A stretch of 63,897 nt of DNA, counting the filler, from Nemertoderma westbladi (lineage: Eukaryota > Animalia > Xenacoelomorpha): the NCBI GenBank assembly GCA_032718475.1. It is 3 parts of 3 records of this genome, joined end to end, with 100 filler letters (N's around TTAATTAATTAA, not from the genome) between each part and the next. Parts side by side here need not be neighbours in the genome. Positions count along the whole stretch, not along the records: positions 17,537 to 40,008 come from JAUCBJ010003585.1; 2 more parts are not named here. One strand, given 5' to 3'. Below are positions 24,953-36,048 of this stretch, in pieces; the first letter of the stretch is position 1, and each line of letters starts with the position of its first letter. Both the position numbers and the translations under genes were made by a program. The notes beneath the pieces were generated by a model that made no database searches, had not been told where the DNA came from, and saw nothing but the letters and a program-made list of their open reading frames with translations.

Positions 24953-26550
24953 GTGAGTAACTATATCCAACAACAGGGTTCCCATATTCAGGTAATAGAG
25001 GCATTTATAAAGTATGTCACACAAAAACAGGTAATTCTACTTAACTAACCATTAGCAAAAGAGTTTGTGTAGCTTGTGGCGCATAGCATTGCATTAGTAA
25101 CGTTGGATGTTTCAATGTATTTCATCAAACCGTTCTTGACTTATTACACACACAACGGATTTTATTCTGAAATATAATTATGCATAAGTGTTGTTATATT
25201 ATTGTTTGGTTGTGTGCACCCACTACATAGATTTCACCGCTGTTATGATTGTTTGATTTCGTCTGCTTGATATACTGTTTTTCTGCATGCTTTTTATTAT
25301 TGTTTTGGTGATTAAATCCCAACTGTATTTTAGGCAATAATACACACTATATTCATCAAGAACCAGTGTTTTTTCAGCTTGCGTTTCAGGAATGTCAGTA
25401 TGGCTGCCATATGGAACAGGCCGTGCAGTTATACGAAGGTCGTGGCCGCAAGAATGAGAGGAAGATTTTATAAATGGAAATGCTATTCCTGAGATTGTAG
25501 GATGTGTTATTTCTATCTCACTTAATATCGGGTTATATTAAAATATAAACACGATCTAGTATCTTTTGTCTAGTTGGATATTTTCTGTCGCGGGTCCTTT
25601 CCATAGTTACTACTGTTTCTACCATTCTCAAATTGAATAGGCGTTGTCAATAGAGTTGGGTCTATGTTTATACCTGCAAGTATTCTAATCATGTATTTAA
25701 TAACGGGAACAGCTGAACATCCTTCAGTTGTTTAACCAGGTTTAAAGGGAAACGACTAGCGTTCAGATCTATGAAAGGTTTTGCTAACAACGATGTAACT
25801 TCCACAAAGTTATCTGATACCGGTCCGGTGTGGTGTGATGGTGGTGGTGGTGGATAATTTGAACTCAGAGAAATATTAATGTTTATTTGATGTATATTCC
25901 AATACAATCAACGTCAATGAATGTAATGTACACACCCAGTCCGCACTCACCGAATTCGACTTAGTGGAATTCCCTGAATATTCTATACCTGTGGATATCT
26001 CTGTTGAGTATCCAAAATATTAGCATTACAACGGTCCAATGCACCCCTGGAGCTAGTAGCAGCTACGTCCCCTAAAACCCAAACCAAATGCCCGTGCTTG
26101 GAGCTCTCTGAGTGCTTGAAACCGGTGATGCCAGTGGTAAGGTGGCCAGTTGCATTGCAAGGTTCCTATATCTAGCATAGGAGACTAATGATAAGCTTAA
26201 ATTAGTGTTTGAGAAAATTATAAACATAACCAACAGTGCGAATAATGTTTCCATAAGGATTAAGGGGGGTTGATCACATCAAATAAGTGTTTCAATGTGT
26301 TTTTTTCACTTTTTATGTTATTAGAGGGGGGGGGGGGGGGGGGGGGAGGTTGCACTGGCAGTATTTATAACCAAAATAATAATCGAATTTACATATTTAC
26401 TTTTTGTCTACTTTCCTCTAATCTGCATTGTTATAAAAATACAGTGTTTTTAGTTGTGATGTTAAGCGAGTTTATTGACTTTGAATATATATTTGTTGCT
26501 TTTCTATTATAATTGAACTGTTTGTATTTCTTTGGCATTCCGTGTTTTAG

Positions 26551-27677
26551 ATGAGAAACGACAACCCCCAATATAAACCTCTGCTTGTAGCAGTTACCAC
26601 GGCAAATCCCAGTATACCCCAGAGTACAATTCGATTGCCTCCACCTGATCATATGTGGCCAGCCCGACCTACTACAGACAATAATACAATAAGCCGACCT
26701 ACTACACTCACCAAACTCTCGTCTCCTTCCAGTCCCGCTTTATCGCTGCACCAACGCCATCCACTTCGTGCTCCAACAATGCCGATACTTTCACCCCAAC
26801 TATCTCCTGTTGCTACCCACTATCAACCTCAGTTCCTAGTAATGCCAGCTAGAGGCGCCCCTCTACCCAATAAACCACCCCTGCTCTCCCCTCAACTCAG
26901 CCCCAATCCAATCCATCAGCCCTACAGCCCTAAAGGGGCCAGTCATTTAATTCCTAATAGGAAACGTCATTCCTCTCTTTGGTCACCAGATGGCGCTGAT
27001 AAACTCCCCCGTTTGGACACCTATGAAGCGTCCTCGGTTGTCTGGCAACCGAATAATGCCCCGGTAGAGGTGGACCACTTCTCGGTGATTCCCGGGGTTG
27101 ATGTCCCGTTGGAGGGCGACTTGGGTGCTGTAGAGCAGTGGGACAGCGGGGACACCCCCCAGCGGTGCGGGACCCCGGTGCAGGACGAGCGGCCGGGAAC
27201 CCCACTCATCGACGAGCCGTGCGACTATCCGACCGCCTACGGCTCCGAAGACCTCCCCGGGGTCCCAGTCTGGGGGTCGACTGAGGTCCCCGAATCCGGT
27301 ATCGGCGAGGTTCCCGTGTGGAGGGCGGTGGACCAACCGAACGCGGCCATCGACGCCGCCGCGTGGCTGGCAGTCTGCGATAACGCATCCGATGGTCTAC
27401 CTGGATTAATTCCGCCCTCCACTTCCGAACTCAATCCAACTCAATCTATCGAACTCACACCTGCTCCGGAACTGCAACCAGTTGCGACTCCGGCTGAGAC
27501 GCCGGTGAAGAAGAAGGTCTCCCTAAACGATTACCTAAAACGCGCTCGTCCGGCGGACGTCACGCCCACCAAGGTGACAGGACGTACCAGTTGCCATGGG
27601 AACACTGAGAACAGCAAAGATCCTGAATCTTCGAAACAGCCCCGGGTTACATTGGATAAACGGAAACACAAACACAT
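26551..27677 (+). CDS. Same gene, exon 3 (contains PVKKKVSLNDYLKR)
   Basis: ttttag|ATG...AAACACAT|gtaagt; 1127 nt, phase 0 to 2. KKKVSLxxYxKR resembles the KKVSLLEYRKR motif of KMT2E/SETD5. Confidence 0.75.
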
Positions 27678-27840
27678 GTAAGTTATAGGAAAGCTATAAA
27701 CTGCAAAATTAAATTTTAAGATTACCTTACAGCTATTAATTCATCAGGAATGGTTTTATCCTTTTTTAGGTGTCTGTCACCAAATCATCAGTGATAAACA
27801 AACTGACTAATATAAATTTCATTTTGTTCTGTCTTATTAG

Positions 27841-28595
27841 GGAATCTCGCCAAAGTCTTGTCTCAGGGAATCACGAGAGTGTTGCGAAAGAAAATAGTCG
27901 TATAACCCCGGATTCAGCCCATAGAACTCACCCAAAACATAAGATCAACAGCCGTGGCGGCGATAAGTCTCGGAATGTTAATAGTGAAGAGAAGCGGCGC
28001 AAATGCGAACTGGAAAGAGTTGGCTCGGAAACTCGGACCGGTGTGGAAGTGCGGAATAAAATCGCGGTTGTTAAACCGAAGGCCACGAGATTGGATCGAC
28101 ATGAGTCGCTGAGTCGTCTGGATCAACTCTCGGAAATTAGGTCGAAAAATATTCGCGATTCAGCGGATGTCCGGCAGATAAGTGTTAAACCATCTAGGGA
28201 GGAGAGACGCGATCGCACTGAACAACTAGAAGATAGGAAGGTGTCACAGTCGTCGAAGGTTCTCGCGAAGTTGATGGACCAAGAAAGATTAGAGAGGGAT
28301 AAACTGTTAGCTAGATTAAAGGAGAGGGAGTCACTAAAGCGTAAAGTGGCAGCGCGTAACGCCCTGGAGACAAAGGATTTAAGTAAGCAAACAAATCGTG
28401 GTCACAATAGCGGCAAACTCGAAGCGATACCTGCTTCTAAACAAACTCATTCAGGCTTTAGCAGACAAGAAGACTTGAAACAAACTCATTCTGGCTCTAC
28501 CAGACAAGGTGACTCAACTGAAGACCCTATTATTAAACTCAGGAGATCCCTGCACGACTCAGTAGATAGAGAAGATTTACGAATTAGAAAGTCAG
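27841..28595 (+). CDS. Same gene, exon 4 (charged/coiled-coil)
   Basis: ttattag|G GAA TCT...TCA G|gttagt; 755 nt, phase 2 to 1, in frame with both neighbours. Confidence 0.75.
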
Positions 28596-28936
28596 GTTAG
28601 TTTAATTTACAAATTTGTTACTGAAAGGCCAACTGTGATAGGATTAATATCCAGATACAAAGGTTTCAGCACCTCACCTGATGTTCGTATTTTTGCTTCC
28701 TACCCTTACCCTACCCAGTCAGTAGCGCATTGTGCAACAATACGCGTCGTTGTAGCGCTGAAAGTTCACGGCTCTTTCTAGATTCTGTAAAGTCCACCTG
28801 CTTGCTCGCAATTGGCTGTTGGGTATTTAAACCTAAATATCCTTTATTGGTTGTGTAGGGCCGGGTGGCCGGGTGTAATTAATAAAATGAAGTCGGTCGG
28901 TGTTCCGAAGCCCGTAGTTAGTTATTAATATACGTA

Positions 28937-29636
28937 TTGGAGTCCCTAAGAGGACATGATCCTGGATCATCCTCGGTTTTTTTTGTATTTAGTGTCCGTG
29001 TCCGCTATCTTAATATATTGAGATAGAGGACATGCCATGTGATTTGTTGTTGGTGCCATTGCCATGTGTTAAACAAGGTCAGATCTCTCCATCTGTGAAA
29101 CTATTATAGGTCTAACTCTAACTGCGGACGCCTAATTATTGGATTCACGCAAGGTAGTCCAATATCAGTAGGCCTACACTTGACTGGCAGACTGGAATGT
29201 CAGCCTGCCTATCATATAGTGCTGAGCAAGAAGATAAAGTGTCTTCAGCTATGAAATATTGTCAATGTGACTTTAAAATGGCACCGACCAATCACATGCA
29301 TGGATGTCTAAACAAAACAAATTAAATAATTTAATTAATTTATTCTAACAATCTTGTATAAGTTGATGTTTGGCATGTTCGCAGGGCCGTTGTGAAGGAA
29401 ACAGGCGGTCGGGCCGGCATCCTGGTCCTTTGTGATCTCTGAGTAACTGACACCCCAACTACTCCCAGTTCTCCCATACCTGACATTTTATTCTGCAGTA
29501 AAATAAAGTAGCAAAATAAAATATATTCGCATAAGTAACTGCGTAGTGTTAAAAAAAGTGAAAATATTGCGATTGCGGTCATTTATTTACACTAAATATA
29601 AAAAACGAGGATTGTATGTCCTTTTAGGGGCTCCGT
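28937..29636. mobile_element. Non-autonomous DNA transposon with imperfect ~26-bp TIRs
   Basis: GGAGTCCCTAAGAGGACATGATCCT (28939) is inverted to AGGATTGTATGTCCTTTTAGGGGCTCC (ending 29634). Superfamily unclear. Confidence 0.55.
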
Positions 29637-29674
29637 AGTAATGATTATTTCAATAAATTTGTTTTTGAAACAAA

Positions 29675-29903
29675 GGGAAAACTGGACGCAAATCCCATCT
29701 TGGCGAATTAAAATCCCGCCACAATGTTAATTTCTCAATTTAGAGAAAGGAGCACAGGAGCAGGTTACAGTGGCACGTTATTTTAACCAAACCAATAAAC
29801 TAATCACAATAGAACAGGTTACAGTTTTATTTTTGAGAATAATCATCTGGTATTTGCGTCCAATTTCCCCTGGAGAGGGATTCATTTTTATTGCGTCCAG
29901 TTT
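29675..29903. mobile_element. ~235-bp MITE whose right TIR is split by the Polinton-type element (remainder at 34405-34408)
   Basis: Left GGGAAAACTGGACGCAA versus rebuilt right TTGCGTCCAGTTTCCCC. Homologous copies at 50886-51090 and (partial, minus) ~59390-59485. Confidence 0.75.
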
Positions 29904-30338
29904 AGTAGTAATGGTTTGCCACTCTTGGCGACAGTTGGTCCCACTTCGCACCTTGGGTGTTAAGTAGGTCATTAATTAATTAAACAATTAATTAATTGGT
30001 CGATTAAACAATTAATTAATTGTTTAATCAATCGATTTGTATCAAATAATGTTGCCAAAGGCAATTTAATTTGACACAAATCAATCAGATAGGGGACGCG
30101 AGATGAATAAATTGTACTACAATTATAGATGAAATATACAATACAATAGGCACTGTGCAATACAATATACAGTACATTTGTATTATTTTTGCCGTACAAT
30201 AGGTAAAGGTAGAATGAAATAAAAAGACGCGATCGGGGCCCAAAACATAAATTACCCTTTCAAGAAAATAAAATGAACCAGTTTGGCCCTGGTTCAATCC
30301 CTCAATAATCTGCGGCCGTTTGGGCTCTTATTAGACGT

Positions 30339-32510
30339 AATAATAATAATAATAATAATAATAATATAATAATAATAATAATAATATATATTTATTTATA
30401 TAGCGCCAAATTTACATAATATACGTACTCTAAGGCGCTGACAGCACATAGTACACAGTAATTAATAGTTCGTGACTGCAATAGCAATAGTTATGAAATA
30501 AAAAAATCAACTAAAATAATGTAGTAATTAAAAACCAACAATAAAAACATCATAAAATATAGTAAAAACAAACAATAAAAACGATCATCGTAAATATTGT
30601 AGCATATAGTAAAAAACAAACAATAAAAAAAACGATCAACGCAAGCATTCCAGTGCGGGTTAAATTAAAATGTAATTAATGGCAGAATAGAATATAATGG
30701 CAGTGATAATGAATTAAAATTAATAGTAAAAACAAACAATAAAAACAACTGTTATGGTGGACTTTTTAAGATTTAAAATATATTGATGTTAAAAACAATC
30801 GTGTATACATCCAGTACTTAAGTTAAAATTAAATTTAAAATTGAAAGTAATTAATTAAAAAATGTCAGTCGTCCATTAAAACAAATAAATAATGTTTAGT
30901 TTAGATTTAACTTCATATGCACAGCGTAATATAGGACACTAGTTTACGTGGTATTCCAGATTGTACAGGTGAGTTTTTAGACGTTTCTTAAAAATGCCCA
31001 CATTCGATGATTCGCGTATGGCCGGAGGCAATGCGTTCCATACAGTTGGAGCAGCAATGGAGAACGATCGCCTACCATAATGTTCCGTATTGTAGCGAGG
31101 GGCCACGAGTAAACCCAGCCCGCTGGATCGCATCTCGCGGATGGGTAGGTACGGAGTTAGTAAGTCGCTTAGATACTTCGGGGCACAGTTATTTACGCAT
31201 TTCCAAGTTAGCAAGGCAATTTTAAAGTCTATACGGCGAACTATAGGTAACCAGTGCAATGCTTTTAGGGTTGGAGTTATATGGTCCCTCTTCTTTACAC
31301 CACATAGAAGTCGAGCCGCGGAGTTTTGAACGTACTGTAGTTTCTGAATGGATTTTTTTGGCAGACCGTAGTAGAGAGAATTATTGGCGTCAAGCTTTGA
31401 TGTTACAAGTGCGTGTATAAGTATTTCCATGTTTTGTTTGTTGACGTATCGCTTTATCTTTGAAAGATTCCTTAAATGGAAGAATGCCTCACGAACGGTG
31501 ATTCCTATTTGCTTGCACATTGTAAGCTGAGAGTCTATTTCGAACCCGATATTGCGAACGTTTGGGCTGCACGATATTATGTCGCTCCCAATGGTCAGTA
31601 CTGGGGGGTCCTGCTGGATGCCGAACCTGGACTGCAATAACAGGACTTTAGTTTTATCGGAATTCATTTTTAAGTAGTTTTTATCCATCCACTCCAGCAC
31701 ATCCACGAGGCAACTCTCAGTTACTTTTACAGCGCTGTTTAATTCAATTGGCTTGAAAATCAAATATAATTGGGTATCATCCGCGTAGAAATGACAATGT
31801 AGACCATGCCGCTTTATTACAGCTGATAGTGAACGCGTGTATACCGTAAACAGAATCGGACCCAATACCGAACCCTGTGGTAGTCCATAGCGGAGGTGCT
31901 TTGCGATGGAATATGTATTCCCAATACGCACCTGTTGCGAGCGCTCCGATAGATATGATACGAACCATTTAAGGGCGACGCCATCAATGCCAATATCGTG
32001 TTTAAGTATCTGCAATAGTTTGCTATGTTCAACCGTGTCGAATGCCGCGCTTAAATCAAGTGTGATAAACAAACACACCGAACCATCGTCAATTCCACGA
32101 AGTACCGTATCAGCAACAGATAACAAAGCAGTTTCCGTACCGTGTAATGGGCGGTAGGCACTCTGGTAGGGTTCATGCAGACCGTTCAGATTCATGTGGT
32201 GCTTTAACTGCTCTACCACCACCTTCTCAGTTAATTTGGAAATGTACAGTAAGTTCGAAACCGGTCTAAAGTGATTGAGTATTTCCGGGTCTAATCGCAA
32301 TTTCTTTAGTATTGGTGTGAGAATTGCTTCTTTGAAACGCGAAGCCACAGTTCCAGTTCGTAAAGATAAGTTAATTATCAATGTAATGACCATCAATAGT
32401 GGTTTTAAGGACATCTTTAGTATGCTGGTTGGAATCGGGTCACGTGGACTTGATTTTGACTTCGAGTCGCTTATCAGTTTTTCAACGCCGTCGCTCGTTA
32501 CGTCACAAAC
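30339..32510 (-). mobile_element. 5'-truncated L2-clade LINE inserted inside the Polinton-type element
   Basis: RT ORF open for ~520 codons. The 3' end has the L2-type AGCGCCTTAGAG...GGCGCTATATAAATAAA stem and an (ATT)n tail. (AG)ACGTAA flanks both sides. Confidence 0.9.
30939..32510 (-). CDS. LINE reverse transcriptase (partial, uninterrupted)
   Basis: FRPVSNL, QSAYR, LDLSAAFDTV, GLPQGSVLGP, YADDTQLY and WNALP motifs; no stops. Confidence 0.9.
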   Translation of the reverse strand, partial: VCDVTSDGVEKLISDSKSKSSPRDPIPTSILKMSLKPLLMVITLIINLSLRTGTVASRFKEAILTPILKKLRLDPEILNHFRPVSNLLYISKLTEKVVVEQLKHHMNLNGLHEPYQSAYRPLHGTETALLSVADTVLRGIDDGSVCLFITLDLSAAFDTVEHSKLLQILKHDIGIDGVALKWFVSYLSERSQQVRIGNTYSIAKHLRYGLPQGSVLGPILFTVYTRSLSAVIKRHGLHCHFYADDTQLYLIFKPIELNSAVKVTESCLVDVLEWMDKNYLKMNSDKTKVLLLQSRFGIQQDPPVLTIGSDIISCSPNVRNIGFEIDSQLTMCKQIGITVREAFFHLRNLSKIKRYVNKQNMEILIHALVTSKLDANNSLYYGLPKKSIQKLQYVQNSAARLLCGVKKRDHITPTLKALHWLPIVRRIDFKIALLTWKCVNNCAPKYLSDLLTPYLPIREMRSSGLGLLVAPRYNTEHYGRRSFSIAAPTVWNALPPAIRESSNVGIFKKRLKTHLYNLEYHVN

Positions 32511-32817
32511 GTAAGACGTAAGACGTAAGAACGTCAGACGTAGCATGACTAACCCCACCATTGAATCCTATGTTGAATTAAACCATTGTCAATTCGCCTA
32601 AGAAAATTATAATAAACATCTGGTCTTGCAATAGATTATTCTTCTTTCACAACTCCATTCTAGCCTCCCTCTATAATAGCCCCCATTCACCGCATTCCCA
32701 TTCATTCTCTAATTTTATTTTTAAAAGTTTTATTTATTTTCATAAAAGTTTTATTTATTTAAAATTGTGTAAAATCATTCAGCGAAAATTCATAATATCA
32801 AATGACATTGCTATATA

Positions 32818-33770
32818 ATGCCTAGTTATGAAAGATGTTTGGTTTGTAATAAAGAAATGAGACAAGACAATCTATCTCGTCATATGGAAAGACATAGAAA
32901 GGATAAACTAATGGATCCATTACCAAATAAATTTAAAAAATCCGAAGATATTTTTAGTGAAGAAGAAAAGAAAAAGAGAGTTGAGCGTGATATATTAAAG
33001 ATAAAACAGACAACGGAAAATAAATTTCATAAAGTTATGAATATTTTGAAAGGGATACAAAAACAGTTACCCCTAGAAAATGATGAGAATTTGAGTGAGA
33101 AAGATGAAGAAGAAGAGGACGATGAGATGGAGAATGAAAATAGTGAGGATCAAGATGAAGTTGAGAACGAAGTGAGTGAAGGTCATGAAGATGACGAAGA
33201 AAGTGAAGGTCGGGAAGAGGGTGAAGAAAGCGAAGGTCAGGAAGAGAATGAAGAAAATGAAGAACAGGAAGAGGATGAAGAAAGTGAAGAACAGGAAGAG
33301 GATGACGAAAGTGAAGGTCAGAAAGAGGATGAAGAAAGTTAAGGTCAGGAAGAGGACGAAGAAAGTGAAGGTCAGGAAAGTGAAGAAGATGATGAAAATG
33401 ATAATAATAAGGAAATATTGTGACAATTACTTGGAAATAAGAATAAATTGCGGAAAATTATTAAACATTTAGAAGAGAATGATGAAAATAAAGAAGAGAT
33501 ATTGAGACAAATATTAGGAAACAAAAATCAAATGCGGAAATTTATTAAACAAATGGAAGAAAATGAAGAAAATAGAGAAGAGATATTAAGACAGGTTCTG
33601 GGAAATAAAAGTAAATTATTAAAATTAATGAACAATTGAATAAAATTAAGAAACCGTTGGTTAATGAGGAAGATGAAAGTAAAGAAAATCAACCAGCTTT
33701 TACTTATTTTCGAAGACCTATGACAGCAAACTCTCGTACAGTATTTGCCCGCGTAGGACGACGCTATTGA
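32818..33770 (+). pseudogene. Decayed cargo gene of the Polinton-type element: C2H2-like finger, acidic tract and three helical repeats
   Basis: CLVCNKEMRQDNLSRHMERH at the N-terminus. The frame continues through two stops (33340 TAA in an E-rich repeat; 33421 TGA in IL*Q versus ILRQ repeats) and an apparent 1-nt frameshift near 33632, ending ...ARVGRRY* at 33770. Confidence 0.65.
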
Positions 33771-34448
33771 CATTTGTTTGTTTGAGTTCCTTTCATAATA
33801 GTATTAGGACTATTTATCCAAAACAATTATATTGGTATTAGGAGTATTTATCCTTAATTATTATTAGTATTATAAATGTATTTGCCAACAATATTTATTG
33901 CTATTAAGTCTATTTATTCAAGAAATTACATGTTTTTTATAATATATTTTGGAAAATTAGCCGACTAAGTCATAATTTTTAAAACTTTAAATAAGGGTGG
34001 AGTTATTTATAAAGTTAAGAAGAGTGAATCAATGGAGGCAACATGAAGTCTAATCTCTTGCCCTTTACTCATAAGACCGCACATTAACTCCCAAGGTTGC
34101 ATACTATCACTATAGCTGGGAGAGTCAAAGCTAGTGTACAGGAATGAGGAAGTGAGGGAGTGAGGGAGTGAGTGAGGGAGTGAGGGAACAATTTATTCAT
34201 CTCGCGTCCCTATATGATTGATTTGTGTCAAATTAAATTGCCTTTGGCAACATTATTTGATACAAATCGATTGATTAAACAATTAATTAATTGTTTAATC
34301 GACCAATTAATTAATTGTTTAATTAATTAATGACCTACTTAACACCCAAGGTGCGAAGTGGGACCAACTGTCGCCAAGAGTGGCAAACCATTACTACTCA
34401 GTTTCCCCCACTATCTGTTGTTTTCACACATTATACATTATCGTTTAG

Positions 34449-34936
34449 GCCAAGAACAACTTCCATCTCATCGGTGGAGTCATCGGGGTTCACCCAAACC
34501 GCTACCGCCACCAGGATTGTCAAACTGTCCTAATCCGAAACCAATAATTCGGGAAGTAGATTATAAACAGACAGGTTGGGAGGGTCAGAGGCCGTCTCCA
34601 GTCCCCCCGCTGGCACACCGACAGACTGTGGCGAGTCACCGCCGACTCGCCACTTCGCCACCACCACCCCCTCCGCCCCCTGCCACATCCGCCACCGTGG
34701 CGTACCCAAGGTATCGGTCGGAACCCGCTAAGGGGCGTCTATCCGTTGTGGCGCCGCCACTGGTGCAGTGCCAGTACCCGCGATACCCCGCCACTGGGGT
34801 CGCCCAACTGCCACTCAGGGCCGCCACCACAACACTCCAATCTCCTAAGAACTCCTTCCTCTCTACAGATGGCTGGTCCAGTTCCTATAGGAATTCGCCT
34901 AGTAATAATTGCGTTAACTCGCCAACTAATACATAA
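34449..34936 (+). CDS. Same gene, terminal coding exon (proline-rich)
   Basis: gtttag|GC CAA GAA...TAA; phase-1 entry matches exon 4. The five exons total 4473 nt = 1491 codons. Possible AATAAA at 35272. Confidence 0.7.
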
Positions 34937-35363
34937 ACACAAAATTATAGATCATCATGACGTCATTTTCTATATTATAACATCATGTCATGACATCATA
35001 TGGTATTAACATTATGGCGTTGTGCACTTTTTATGTTATGTAAATTATTATGTATAAACTTTTATAAACTGGGTTAGCCGTACATATTTTGAGTTTTATT
35101 CAATATAATATTGCCTTTGTTTTTTTTAAGTTTTCATAGTGCGTCGTGTTTATAATTAAACTCCTGATTTTTGATTGGCTTTATTATTATATTTTTGATT
35201 TACTTATAAATGAGTTTTTTCCAATATTATTTATGTCGCTGGTAATGAATAGTAAGTAATTTGCTTTATATAATAAATTAATAACATATTGGATAATTAA
35301 TTTAAGATCTTGGGTATTTCTCTTTTAGTACTTTTAGGACTTGTTTGTGATATCCGATTATTG

Positions 35364-36048
35364 ATTACCGAGTCAACATCACCCATAGTAAAAACAACTT
35401 TAATGAAAAAAAGTAAAATAGGTTCTATACCACTGTAGACAACAAATATTTTATTCTTAACTTGTTACTTTTTTGCTCGAATATACCACAACATCGGGAG
35501 AAAAATATGCACTTTTTCCCTAGGGAAAAAGTAACCCATAGGATAGCATTAATTTTACTTTTTCTCGACGAAAAAAGTAAAATGAAATATTTTTGGTGGA
35601 ATTTCTAAATTTTAATATGTTGAAAGAGGAAGAACATTGACACCCTCAAAATTTATTGCAACATTAGTGTCTGCAAGGCGAACTCCAAAACGGAATATCC
35701 GTATTGGTTTATGTAGTTAAGCGGCTCTTTAGTTACATAATAAATATTCGAGAACACTAAATTATTTTAACATTGAGTAAGGCAGCATCAGGAGTTGAAG
35801 AGTACCATAAAATTATTTGAATCGCAGTAACTATGGAAGCAATATAGTAAAATACTACAGTTCAATTTATTTTGTAACACCATATCGCTCTATCTTTATT
35901 AAAGATAGAGCAGAGATTAGATTGAGCAACAAAAAAGTACCAATTTAAGAATAAAATTACGTATTGCATGGGGGAAAAAACGTATTTAGATAGATAATTT
36001 TTTTCAATATTCTCTGGACCCCGTATTAACCTCGCTGGCGCTCGGTAA
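35364..36048. mobile_element. Possible Helentron-like non-autonomous element
   Basis: TTACCGAG at the left and CCTCGCTGGCGCTCGGTAA at the right (short subterminal inverted repeat). Weak support. Confidence 0.3.

Larger units (their letters stand above)
29904..34398. mobile_element. Non-autonomous Polinton/Maverick-type element (4495 bp)
   Basis: Termini 5'-AGTAGT...ACTACT-3'; TIRs 29904-30115 and 34188-34398 differ by about one substitution and one indel; perfect 6-bp TSD CAGTTT (29898-29903, 34399-34404). No polB, integrase or capsid ORF seen. Confidence 0.85.

Noticed and set aside
25689-26254. Coding-looking minus-strand segment in an intron
   Set aside because: Broken by stops with no recognisable motif.
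33073-33472. Phe-rich antisense and Lys-rich alternative-frame ORFs
   Set aside because: Shadows of the GAA/GAT-rich acidic cargo ORF.
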